Shown here in pieces: positions 18,658 through 27,830 of a stretch of 48,264 nt of DNA. A program made the position numbers and the translations under genes. The notes below the pieces were generated by a model that saw only the letters and a program-made list of their open reading frames with translations, ran no database searches and was not told where the DNA came from. The stretch is from an archaeon (GTDB taxonomy: Archaea > Asgardarchaeota > Thorarchaeia > Thorarchaeales > Thorarchaeaceae). Within the stretch, counting starts at the first letter, position 1. Each line of letters begins with the position of its first letter. The stretch covers positions 1-48,264 of the forward strand of contig JAJRWI010000046.1 in assembly GCA_024276825.1 (NCBI GenBank). Reading direction: 5' to 3'.

Positions 18658-19782
18658 CTATTCACCACTTTCTTTTCCGTGAGTGGTGTACTTTTCGAAT
18701 ATCCTTTTCAATATGCTGAATACGGTGTATGAAAGCCTTCCACTGATCAGTCTGCGCCGCGCCTCATCAATAAGTGATGGCTTGATTGGTGACTTGCTTT
18801 TTGATAATCTAGTAAGAATCTCATAAAGCTCCTCATCGATGCCAGTTGCGTCAAAACGAGCATTACTACATTTGTTGCTCATTATCAATTGATTAATTAC
18901 ATGTTTTGGCAGATCAAGGCTTTTTAGTGCATAGGCCTTTGCAATAACGAGTAATGCGGCGGCACTTACATCTTCATTACACCAACCATCATCAACCCGC
19001 ATGATGCAGACATTCTTGAGCTTTTTGCAGTCAAGTAAGCAGACCTCACAGACAATTGGCCTGATAGCAACTTCACCACTTGGAATGTGAATCGATACTT
19101 CCCCATAGATTGTCTGAATGATCATGTCATCATTGATGACTTTGATGTTCATCTTCTTTGCAAAGTCCTTAATGAATTGAATCTCCTTCTTGTTTATCGC
19201 TGGAGTGCCAGTTTGCATCGGGGGATAATATTCCTCGCATTGATCGGCAGAGAGTGACACTAGGAATACTTCACCCTTCTCCTTTCTATTGGTGTCATAC
19301 TCTGCAAAGACCCTTGGATATATTCGAAAGATGGCTTCAACACTGTCAACCACTTTGGCCTCAAGTTCCTGCTGAAATACTTCTGACAATTCATTTGTTG
19401 CATCTTCTGCATCTTTGATGTCACCAACAACTACAATCATCTTACTGACATTGTCCTTGATGGCACAGCTGTCTATTAGCTCTCTAATTCTTTTTACTTC
19501 ATCAGGTCGCACAACTATAATGACGCTGGTGTGTCCCCGTGCAAAGGACGCAGCAAGTCCAGGATACATCATTGGATATGGAATTGTCCATAATTGCAAT
19601 GTAACAATGACATTATTGAATTCATATCTGACAATCCCAAAAACCAACCCGGTAACATAGAACATGCTCGGAAAACCAATACCGCTTCTTGTTCGTCTGA
19701 GAAATCCGGCGAGCAGGGCCCTGTCTGAACCGAGCACAATGACTTTTCTCACTACTTTGGCCTGGTTTTCCTGAGTTGACAC
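18658..19782 (-). CDS. Hypothetical protein with a degenerate Ras/Rab-like small-GTPase domain and a Cys-rich C-terminal domain
   Basis: RKVIVLG...G-x-x-FG...VTLQLW...SFARG-x-x-x-VIIVV keeps small-GTPase spacing, but G1 GKT and G3 DxxG are lost. C-terminal CEVCLLDC...C...C...C. Confidence 0.6.
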   Translation of the reverse strand: MSTQENQAKVVRKVIVLGSDRALLAGFLRRTRSGIGFPSMFYVTGLVFGIVRYEFNNVIVTLQLWTIPYPMMYPGLAASFARGHTSVIIVVRPDEVKRIRELIDSCAIKDNVSKMIVVVGDIKDAEDATNELSEVFQQELEAKVVDSVEAIFRIYPRVFAEYDTNRKEKGEVFLVSLSADQCEEYYPPMQTGTPAINKKEIQFIKDFAKKMNIKVINDDMIIQTIYGEVSIHIPSGEVAIRPIVCEVCLLDCKKLKNVCIMRVDDGWCNEDVSAAALLVIAKAYALKSLDLPKHVINQLIMSNKCSNARFDATGIDEELYEILTRLSKSKSPIKPSLIDEARRRLISGRLSYTVFSILKRIFEKYTTHGKESGE

Positions 19783-19850
19783 AATTTACTTATGGCAACT
19801 CTGGTTTAGATTTTATCGGTTATGCATATAATTCGGTAAATGGTGATTTC

Positions 19851-20210
19851 ATGGTAAAAATACACAAGGCTTCAGAAGTTGAATCAATGGGCCGCGCAGG
19901 GTATGATGTCAAATATGTGGCCCATCTCACCTTTAAGGATGCTTTAGATAATGGGATGTTCATCTATGTTAAGATTCCTGCAGGCATGAAGACTCGCCCC
20001 CATAGGCATAATATTTTGGAGGAAGTATTCATTGCCATAGATTCTCTAACAATTGGCGTGAATGATATTCCCTACAGTCTTGAAGAGGGTGATGTTGTGC
20101 TTGTAGAACCTGGAGAATCGCACTGGTTCAGGTCACCAGAAGATCGAAGTGCACGTATGATAGCCATCAAACTACCAAATATTGAAGATGACAAGGAAGA
20201 GACATCATAA
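19851..20210 (+). CDS. Cupin-domain protein
   Basis: PHRHNILEEVF and GDVVLVEPGESHWF cupin motifs. The ATG at 19851 is preceded by GGTGA. Confidence 0.88.
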   Translation: MVKIHKASEVESMGRAGYDVKYVAHLTFKDALDNGMFIYVKIPAGMKTRPHRHNILEEVFIAIDSLTIGVNDIPYSLEEGDVVLVEPGESHWFRSPEDRSARMIAIKLPNIEDDKEETS

Positions 20211-20214
20211 ATTA

Positions 20215-20631
20215 TCAGTAATAATCAGAATCGTCATCCTCATCGTAGAAGATGTCTGGCGGCGAATCAATTGGACTGTGAATATGTGAGGTTACGAGTG
20301 CCCTTGAAAAAACCTCCTCGAGTTCCCTCCACTCCTCATGACGCCTTCTTCTACCAATGATTCCTGCTATTGTAATAATCGAAAACACAAATAATCCCGC
20401 AAGATACAACTCCATTCGGCTATCAAAAACTCCTGATGAGATGGCTACAACTAAGGTGGCAATTCCGCTGATGATTAATGGGTTGAAAGCACAGTCGCAA
20501 GTGATGTTTAATTCTGCAGGTCCAATTCTATAATCTTCTGGTTCAGAGCCTGGTGCTCGATTGAGCAAATAATTGAAGATGGCACCAATTACAGTGCCGC
20601 CTATCAATATTGCCAGATGGATAATGTTCAT
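20215..20631 (-). CDS. Small 3-TM hypothetical membrane protein with an acidic C-terminus
   Basis: Three hydrophobic segments, RRRR after the last TM, tail DEDDDSDYY; co-directional with the upstream PIN gene. Confidence 0.65.
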   Translation of the reverse strand: MNIIHLAILIGGTVIGAIFNYLLNRAPGSEPEDYRIGPAELNITCDCAFNPLIISGIATLVVAISSGVFDSRMELYLAGLFVFSIITIAGIIGRRRRHEEWRELEEVFSRALVTSHIHSPIDSPPDIFYDEDDDSDYY

Positions 20632-20651
20632 GTGTTTTACCTTCCAAATTA

Positions 20652-22466
20652 TTACTCGACATTTACTTCAGGTGCTGCGACTTTGTGGCAACTAAAGCCA
20701 TACTCACCTTCATAGGAAATCTCTGCACCCTTGCTGGGTTCAACAATCAACACAACAGCATACTCTCGTATTACATCCGCTGATGTCTTAAGGAGAGTGA
20801 ATTCGCCATTGGTGATTGCTATCTTATGGCCTGTTTTGAGACTTCCAAACTCGGGGTGTCTAGTGATATCAATACCTATACGCACTTGAAGTTTCTCATT
20901 CCATACAATTAGAATCTTTTTGGACTCGATTGTCTCAATAATTAGAACATCCATCCAGCCAAGTAGCTCCTCGGGCAGTTCTGCAACATCAAGAGCCTTG
21001 TCCGTTGGCATGTCCTTGATGGTCGGTATTCTGCCCTGTATCTCATGAAGGATTGGAGTTATCCGATTGGTATTCCACCCCTTCTTGACAAAGCTCTTCA
21101 ATGCATGTTCAGCAAGTTTCTCTAACCGATCCCTCAATTTACCATGCGATGCAGAATACACCTTATAGAGCATTATGAATGATGCCAGTGTTCCCTCTTC
21201 TTTTCCATAAGCAACTCCAATTTTGTATCCAGTCATTGCTAAAAGCCATGCGGTATTGATCTCGTTGAACAGTAACTTGTACTTTGCAATGTCAATCAAC
21301 ATTGAGATAGTAACATCTGGATATTGTAGCTTGGTCTTGGTCAAAGAAAAGCCTCCAAGGAACTTTCTCAAGACTTGCATTGTCACATACAGTCCCTCAG
21401 AAGTCTGCTTCATATGCTTGAGATCTGCACGTTCTAGCATACCATCGTAGAGCGAGTATGTATAATCTATCTCCTCATAGTCCTCTTTGACTATGGCCAG
21501 AACAAACCTCACAAAGAACACTGAGGCTTTCAACTCGTCATTCTCAACCTCTGTGAACATCAGGAGTCTGAATGCCTCTTCGCTCACACTAAGCGCATTT
21601 TCGATTCCTTCTTTTGTACCACGATAGAGATGACACAACATCTCAAGATAGTACAGGAACAGTGTCAAATCGCTTGCGTGTTTCACCAGCTTTCCATGAG
21701 TCTCACTGTCTTCGGTCAAAGTTGAGATCACAAGTAATCTCTCGATCTCGTTCTGAACTGCTTGAATCTCTGCTGCTAGAGCATCATATTTACCAACCTG
21801 AAAGTCTTCAAGCATTGTTGGCAGGCCCGCTTTGATGTCTTCCAAGAAGTCCAGAACAAAAAGTGGTTGTCCCTTGGAGAGCTTCTTATCAACTTCTGCA
21901 GGCTTCTTGACCGCGCGTAACACACGCATTGCATGTTCTTCAATAATCCTGATTCGTGTTACGGGATCATACGCTTCTCTTCGTGAAATGCTGTATCTTA
22001 CCTCTTCAGCATAGATTCTCTCGCGAATCTTTGTCAGCTTCTTCTTTAGATCATTGTCATCAATTGACTCGATCAATTCAAGGACAAAAGCTGACCCCAC
22101 AACTCCATCTGCATTAATCTGCAGGTCTTGGATGATATTCAGCAATTTGAGGTCACTAGTCACAATCTTCGCTCTTTTTGCTCTCATGGCGGCAAGAACT
22201 AATGACATGTCATTGAGCTGTGGTAGCGAACTCTCAGGTCTCTTAAGGCTCTCCATGAATGCCTTGATCTCTTTTTGCAATGTTTCATCAATTGAAATGA
22301 TATTCTCGACCTCTCTTCGCAGGTACCAACGCAACTCGTGAAAGACCTGTCTAGTGATCCATAACTCAACACCTATCTTGTCTGCTGCTTGCTTTATCAG
22401 GTAAACATCTGCGGGGCGGTCTGAAAATCCGCTTATCCAGAAGTTTGCATCAAGGTATACTCTCAT
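20652..22466 (-). CDS. PIN-domain protein with long helical and beta-rich C-terminal extensions (604 aa)
   Basis: VYLDANF, VFHEL, NDMSLV and IVTSDLKL supply the four acidic PIN residues. GGAGTG lies upstream of the ATG. Confidence 0.75.
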   Translation of the reverse strand: MRVYLDANFWISGFSDRPADVYLIKQAADKIGVELWITRQVFHELRWYLRREVENIISIDETLQKEIKAFMESLKRPESSLPQLNDMSLVLAAMRAKRAKIVTSDLKLLNIIQDLQINADGVVGSAFVLELIESIDDNDLKKKLTKIRERIYAEEVRYSISRREAYDPVTRIRIIEEHAMRVLRAVKKPAEVDKKLSKGQPLFVLDFLEDIKAGLPTMLEDFQVGKYDALAAEIQAVQNEIERLLVISTLTEDSETHGKLVKHASDLTLFLYYLEMLCHLYRGTKEGIENALSVSEEAFRLLMFTEVENDELKASVFFVRFVLAIVKEDYEEIDYTYSLYDGMLERADLKHMKQTSEGLYVTMQVLRKFLGGFSLTKTKLQYPDVTISMLIDIAKYKLLFNEINTAWLLAMTGYKIGVAYGKEEGTLASFIMLYKVYSASHGKLRDRLEKLAEHALKSFVKKGWNTNRITPILHEIQGRIPTIKDMPTDKALDVAELPEELLGWMDVLIIETIESKKILIVWNEKLQVRIGIDITRHPEFGSLKTGHKIAITNGEFTLLKTSADVIREYAVVLIVEPSKGAEISYEGEYGFSCHKVAAPEVNVE

Positions 22467-22620
22467 TCAATTAACACTCCATCTTTTAATCTCTCTTTTA
22501 TCTGACAGGTCTTGTACAACTTCCATGACTCCGAATGAAACCTCTCTTACTGGATTTCTATTTCCCAGAGTCCAATTGCTTTTTAGTTGTTATTGTTGAA
22601 AAAAGGTTGCGGTATATCAA

Positions 22621-23763
22621 TTAGCGCATATGTCCAAGAAACTCTGCTATTGGGCCATTCATGAAGTAATTAAAATTTAATAGAATCCCGGTGAAATGAG
22701 CCATCCAGATTGCTGCAATCATCTTTCTGTATGCGCTCTTGTCTTCATTTCGATCTAGTAAAAGCATGGGAATGATGAACCATGAATAATACCAAATGAG
22801 CACCCATGAGAATACTATGAGTGTTAGAGGAAGGGCGAAGATCAAAATGGTTCGCCAATCAGAAGTCCTCAACCTTCTTGTTGGCACTTCAACAAATCCC
22901 ACCCTTTTGGTTTCAAATATCATAAGTGCCAGTGCGATAACCAATATGCTTGGGGCGATGATAGCTAGAGGATTTGTGAACACTAGGCCAAGATAGAATG
23001 GATTGGTTATTAGCGTCGAATATGAAGCGCTATTTGAAAGATGAGCGATTAGGCTTCCATACATTATCTGCGATGCAAACAAGGGAATCACAAACAAGAG
23101 ATTGACTACTAGAAATGCTATCGAGGAGATTGGATCAGCGGCAAGAAGAATTGGAAACACCATTGCAGGATACAACTTAGTCTGAGTGGCAATGGCTAGA
23201 AATGAGTTCGCCAGAATTCTTCTATCTTGCCTCCAGAAAATAATTGCAATGAGCCAAAACATGTCTGTCAACGGCTCGGTCTTTGCAAAGCCCACCGAGA
23301 AAATGACCTCAAAGGCATAGAATACTGCAAAGAACTGTCTGAACCATTTCTTGTTCCAGTCTTTTCTACCAATATATAAGAAAAGAATTAGGTTAATGTG
23401 AGCAAACAAGACAAGCAGCCAATTTACAAGCCAATGGGGCCCAAACATTCCTGGCTCGATTAGTGCAACAAACGCATAGAACAATAGAGTAATGACAGGA
23501 TATTCGTAGGTCACATTTACAATGCCAGTCAAAAGGTGGTCAGCTGGTACTCCGTAAGTTTCATTCAGATATGTGTCATTGATATTGTAAACATTCAGCC
23601 CCTCACTCCAAAACAACTCGCCAAAAACCATATTCCTATTTCTGTCTCTTTGCAAGATGATCGCATCTGCAACAGGCACCATGACCATGCACACAATTAT
23701 CGAGATAATCAGATATTTTCGAAATCGTCTTGCAACTTGAAACAAGCTCAATGTTTCCGACAT
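22621..23763 (-). CDS. GT-C-fold (GT87/DUF2029-like) integral membrane glycosyltransferase
   Basis: N-terminal TM, an external loop containing YEYP, then K-L-Y-P in TM context and W-Y-Y-x-W near the C-terminus; about 10 TM helices. Confidence 0.6.
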   Translation of the reverse strand: MSETLSLFQVARRFRKYLIISIIVCMVMVPVADAIILQRDRNRNMVFGELFWSEGLNVYNINDTYLNETYGVPADHLLTGIVNVTYEYPVITLLFYAFVALIEPGMFGPHWLVNWLLVLFAHINLILFLYIGRKDWNKKWFRQFFAVFYAFEVIFSVGFAKTEPLTDMFWLIAIIFWRQDRRILANSFLAIATQTKLYPAMVFPILLAADPISSIAFLVVNLLFVIPLFASQIMYGSLIAHLSNSASYSTLITNPFYLGLVFTNPLAIIAPSILVIALALMIFETKRVGFVEVPTRRLRTSDWRTILIFALPLTLIVFSWVLIWYYSWFIIPMLLLDRNEDKSAYRKMIAAIWMAHFTGILLNFNYFMNGPIAEFLGHMR

Positions 23764-23860
23764 ATTGCATTTCTCGATTCGTTTCTTGTAAAATTTCCAC
23801 TACGTTATGCTTAAAACATAGTCGGATTTTGACGAACTACTAGGGAGTGCTTGATTACTG

Positions 23861-25297
23861 ATGCCTAAACGCCTCTCAATAAAAGATATCCTTGATATTC
23901 AATCTGTTGCCATTATTGGAGTATCTGCTAAGATGGGCTATTATTGGGCTCATTCAATGCTCCAATGGGATCATAACCTTAGGGTCTGGTTGGTTTCTCT
24001 CAATGGCGGAGAGGTCTTGGGGCACAAGATACTAACCAGTATTGATGAGATTCCCGAAAAGATCGATTATACAATAGTGGCTGTGCCCTACAAGGCAGTT
24101 CCCTCAGTCCTACGAGAATGTGCAGCCAAGGGTGTCAAAGGGGCAACCGTGTTCACCAGTGGTTTTTCCGAACTCGGGACCGACGAGGGTAGAAAGAGAG
24201 AGAAAGAGCTCTGCGAGTTAATCAAATCGCTGGGAATTCGTGTGTTCGGACCAAACTGCATGGGGCTCATGTATCCCAAACTTGGATTTGCTTTCATGCC
24301 TACTGTCAAGCGCCTTGCTGGTAATGTGGGCTTCTTATCTCAGTCAGGAGGCGTTGCTATAACAACCTATACCGCGGGAGTTGAATCCGGTGTTGGCTTC
24401 AGTAAGGTGTTCTCTTTTGGAAATGCTGTGGATATATCACCCCACGAATTAATTCAGTTCTTTGAGGATGATAGTGAGACCAAAGTCATTGGCATATATA
24501 TTGAGGGGACCAAGCAGGGCAAGGAACTCCTTCAATCTCTAAAGACTTTGGCTCAGAAAAAGCCTGTTGTTGCAATTAAGGGGGGACGATCCCAAGAGGG
24601 CTCAAGGGCGGTTTCTTCACATACAGGAGCACTCGCAGGTTCTAATGCAATCTGGGATGCAATGTTTAAGCAGGCCAATGTCCCAACTGTTGATACATTA
24701 GAAGACCTGATTTCAACACTCAGCATATTCTCAAAAAGCCCAGTACCAAAGTCTCGCAATGTTGGCATTATTGCTATCAGCGGCGGTACTAGCGTGGTTT
24801 ACACTGACTTCTGCTCTGAGGCTGGATTGAATATTCCAAGGTCTTCGCAGGAGACTGTTGACAAACTTCGCTCCATAATGTTAAGCGTGGGCAATGCTGT
24901 GGGAAATCCAATAGACCTTGCCGCCGACTATTATCAAGATCAGATAATGTCAGAAGTAATTAGGATAGTTGGAAAGGACCCCAATTTCGACTCTATCATT
25001 CTCCAAGCTGATGTTCATAACATCCACCAAGTTGCTGTGATAATGGAAGCAGTGGATGAAGTAGACTATCTCTGGGGAGTAATGGCCAAAGCAGGTCGTG
25101 AGATTGTTGAGAGCATGGGAAAACCCGTCCTTGTCACCATTCCTGAGGTTGCCTACCCTGAGGCTAGAATGCGAGCATGGGGTAAATTCGTAAATGAGGG
25201 TCTTCCTGTATTTAGAAACATTCGCGAAACTGTTGAAGCATTGGTCAAGGTCTGTGAATACTACGAGTGCAAATCAGAACGCCAACGGTCCAAATAG
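23861..25297 (+). CDS. Acyl-CoA synthetase (ADP-forming) alpha subunit / CoA-binding protein
   Basis: SVAIIGVS, FTSGFSELG, GPNCMG, SQSGG, SHTGALAG (phospho-His), GNPIDL. No beta subunit in the window. Confidence 0.9.
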   Translation: MPKRLSIKDILDIQSVAIIGVSAKMGYYWAHSMLQWDHNLRVWLVSLNGGEVLGHKILTSIDEIPEKIDYTIVAVPYKAVPSVLRECAAKGVKGATVFTSGFSELGTDEGRKREKELCELIKSLGIRVFGPNCMGLMYPKLGFAFMPTVKRLAGNVGFLSQSGGVAITTYTAGVESGVGFSKVFSFGNAVDISPHELIQFFEDDSETKVIGIYIEGTKQGKELLQSLKTLAQKKPVVAIKGGRSQEGSRAVSSHTGALAGSNAIWDAMFKQANVPTVDTLEDLISTLSIFSKSPVPKSRNVGIIAISGGTSVVYTDFCSEAGLNIPRSSQETVDKLRSIMLSVGNAVGNPIDLAADYYQDQIMSEVIRIVGKDPNFDSIILQADVHNIHQVAVIMEAVDEVDYLWGVMAKAGREIVESMGKPVLVTIPEVAYPEARMRAWGKFVNEGLPVFRNIRETVEALVKVCEYYECKSERQRSK

Positions 25298-25320
25298 ATT
25301 GCGACAAAGGCGGAATGGTT

Positions 25321-25330
25321 CTTTTAATAA
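25321..25330 (+). promoter_or_regulatory. Putative TATA box (CTTTTAATAA) upstream of the candidate ncRNA
   Basis: TATA-like element about 30 nt before the first paired segment at 25361. Confidence 0.3.
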
Positions 25331-25360
25331 GTGAAAGCCATGGGTTGCGCGCAGATGCGT

Positions 25361-25546
25361 AGAGGTTAGACAGAGTTGGACATCAATCAAAGGATCATCT
25401 AAATGATGCTCTATGAAATTGTGGGGGGCTTAAATAGTATCATGGGAAACAATGATCTGTAATTTGTCCAGTGCCGTTCCTGAAAGGACAGGACTCTAAT
25501 GTCCAAGACTGTCCAATTTACAATGAACGGTTTGCTATAACCTTCT
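25361..25546 (+). ncRNA. Candidate structured non-coding RNA (unidentified)
   Basis: Nested long-range complementarities in a 280-nt gap between convergent genes: AGAGGTTA/TAACCTTCT, GACAGAGTTGGACAT/ATGTCCAAGACTGTC, GATCAT/ATGATC, ATGATGCT/AGTATCAT, and GTCC/GGAC enclosing TCC-TGAAA-GGA. Strand is inferred from G-U pairs and the TATA-like box. Confidence 0.4.
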
Positions 25547-25577
25547 GACTGAATAAACCCCTCTATCAAACCTATAA

Positions 25578-27761
25578 TCAGATTATTGATTGAGCAACTG
25601 AATTCACCAGGTCAACTCGATCTGTCTGGCCAAGGCTCTTGAATCCCTCAGCTCTTGCAACTGGACTAGCATTGTTAATTATCATCCTTAGAATGAATAG
25701 GAGATGTTGTTTACTTATTGGCCTGTTTTGCGTGAAGTCCTTAACCTCATCGTGTTTCTTAACCGTTTCAAATGCAAGAAACATCTTTCGATTTTCAAAA
25801 AATGTAGTAACTGTTCTAATGCCATTAATCCCTGTGAATAGCCAGAATTGTTGATTCCATAGAAACTCAAAGCCAATGGATGTTAGCCATAGAGGTCTTA
25901 AATCAAAGCAATCTCCATAGTCATATATTCTAACATCACGAATCTCCTCAATCCGCCGCTTCTCGAGTATCTGCCTAAGCTCTGCCTCTTTGGGGTCTGT
26001 AACATCAAATAGAGGGGGCTTAAAAAATAATGTAGAACCGCCTAGCTCGATCTGGTTCTTGCATTCGACAAGGAGTGCCTTTCTCAATTCTTTATGGCCC
26101 TTTTTCCAGTTCCAATCATCTTTGAACATGTCATTCATGCTGCCATCGTACCCCGCAAAAATCGCAAGTCTGAATCTCCTGAACAGCTCTTGATATTCCT
26201 TCGGACGCACTGATGGAGGTGTTAGCATCATTATTGATTCAAATGCACCCCAAATCTTGCTCCAACCATAATGATCAACAAGAACAGGAATGCTCAACTC
26301 CCAATATGCAATTATGTCCCTATCCCATTCCTCGTAATCAGTATGGCTCAGAATTCCAAGTAAGTGGTCTCTAGCATGCTCAAACCCCTTCTGTTGAATT
26401 GTTTGGATGAGTGAATCTTGAAGCAGTCCATATCTACGTGAAGGTGACTTTAGAAACTCTGTCAATGCCCCCGGCACTTTTCTTATGAATTCTGGAGGGT
26501 CTGATAGTATGATCCGAGCACCAATTGGATTCTTTTCGCGTTTGGTGATGTCAACGGATCGCAGCATCTTGCAAAAGTACAATGGTGAGAGGTCGACATT
26601 GAATAGACTGGAATCTGGCTTATGCCCAGCTTCAATCAGCTTATCGATCATGTCGATTCCAAGTTGAGCTAGACGTGCACAAAATGCCAGAGGATAAAGA
26701 TCAAGACTTTGGATATGATTGCCGTTGATGCTCAGCCTTAAGAGATTTATACAATGACTTAGGGGATACAAGTCCACTTCCTTTAGTTCGTTTGATGAGA
26801 TCACAAGATGCTGAAGCTCTTTTAGCGCACCCAATGGCATGAGGTCTATCTCAGTCAACGAGTTATTGCTGAGACCAATTAGTTCCAGCCCCTTGCATCG
26901 CTTTAATGGCTTGAGGTCAACAGTGATTAATCGATTATTCGAAATATCCAGAATTTTCAAACTAGTACAAGATGTCAGAGGTTGGAGATCAATCTGAGCA
27001 AGCCTATTACCATCGAGTCTGAGTTCAAGCAATTGGTACATGTCCCTTAGAGCTTCAAGATTAATCTCAGAGAGCTTGTTTCTGCTTAGAATAAGTCGTC
27101 TCATCAAGCGGCATGATTCAAGCGGCTGCAAATTCACTTGGCTCATCTGATTTCCTGATAGGTCAAGCTTCTCCAGTCTTGAGCACTTTCGTAGAGGTAT
27201 TAGTGATACTCGATTGATATGATTGTCAGACAGATCTAGGAACTCTAGACTTTCAATCTCTCCAAGAGGAGCAAGATTGATGCGGTTAATAGCATTTCCC
27301 GACAAATTGATCTTTTGCAGTATTTTGTGCCCTTTAAGGGGGGACAGATCAATTGCCTTCAGATTGTTTCGTGGTAGTGAAATCTCAACAAGTCCCCTTA
27401 TGTCTTGAGCAGGCGCTAAATCAAGCCTTGCTAGGCTACAATCACTAATGCTTAGAACTCGCAGGCATTGCAATTGTTTCAGGGGACTGAGGTCAATGGT
27501 TTCGGTATCGACGCCAGAAATACTCAGTTGTTCAAGGAGCGGACATTCGGCTAATGCATCTAGATTGATATCGAATATTTGCTCAGCCTTGATCACAAGT
27601 TCCTTCAGCTTGGGAAAATCCTTGATTGTAGAAAGATCAATCTCTGTCACTCTATCATCATTAATGACAATCTTCTCAGAATCGATTGGAAAGTCAATGG
27701 GCTTGCTTTCGCCCATTATCTTGACAAAGATTGATTGCTTCTCCATGTGAAAAGACCTCAC
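25578..27761 (-). CDS. Leucine-rich repeat protein with an uncharacterised C-terminal domain
   Basis: Roughly 15 tandem 22-aa repeats L-x-x-L-x-L-x-x-N-x-L-x-x-I-D-L-x-P-L-x-x-C. No signal peptide. About 300 aa of non-LRR C-terminus. Confidence 0.9.
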   Translation of the reverse strand: MRSFHMEKQSIFVKIMGESKPIDFPIDSEKIVINDDRVTEIDLSTIKDFPKLKELVIKAEQIFDINLDALAECPLLEQLSISGVDTETIDLSPLKQLQCLRVLSISDCSLARLDLAPAQDIRGLVEISLPRNNLKAIDLSPLKGHKILQKINLSGNAINRINLAPLGEIESLEFLDLSDNHINRVSLIPLRKCSRLEKLDLSGNQMSQVNLQPLESCRLMRRLILSRNKLSEINLEALRDMYQLLELRLDGNRLAQIDLQPLTSCTSLKILDISNNRLITVDLKPLKRCKGLELIGLSNNSLTEIDLMPLGALKELQHLVISSNELKEVDLYPLSHCINLLRLSINGNHIQSLDLYPLAFCARLAQLGIDMIDKLIEAGHKPDSSLFNVDLSPLYFCKMLRSVDITKREKNPIGARIILSDPPEFIRKVPGALTEFLKSPSRRYGLLQDSLIQTIQQKGFEHARDHLLGILSHTDYEEWDRDIIAYWELSIPVLVDHYGWSKIWGAFESIMMLTPPSVRPKEYQELFRRFRLAIFAGYDGSMNDMFKDDWNWKKGHKELRKALLVECKNQIELGGSTLFFKPPLFDVTDPKEAELRQILEKRRIEEIRDVRIYDYGDCFDLRPLWLTSIGFEFLWNQQFWLFTGINGIRTVTTFFENRKMFLAFETVKKHDEVKDFTQNRPISKQHLLFILRMIINNASPVARAEGFKSLGQTDRVDLVNSVAQSII

Positions 27762-27830
27762 TCATCAGTAATCTTTGAAACTGATTAGCTCCTATTGATT
27801 TTATCGAGTGGGTCTCTAATGCATCAGAGA

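Noticed and set aside
19776-19850. N-terminal extension of the cupin ORF
   Set aside because: It overlaps the divergent gene start and its likely promoter region. The ATG at 19851 has a GGTGA SD-like motif.
25361-25546. Lysine riboswitch, group I intron core, SRP RNA or RNase P RNA as the identity of the structured region
   Set aside because: Isolated words resemble each (AGAGG...GACTGTC; AAATTGTGGG; GGGGGCTTA; GAAA-capped arm). The motif order does not fit, the SRP helix-8 CAGG/AGCA loop and RNase P GAGGAA motif are absent, and no downstream same-strand gene exists for a riboswitch.
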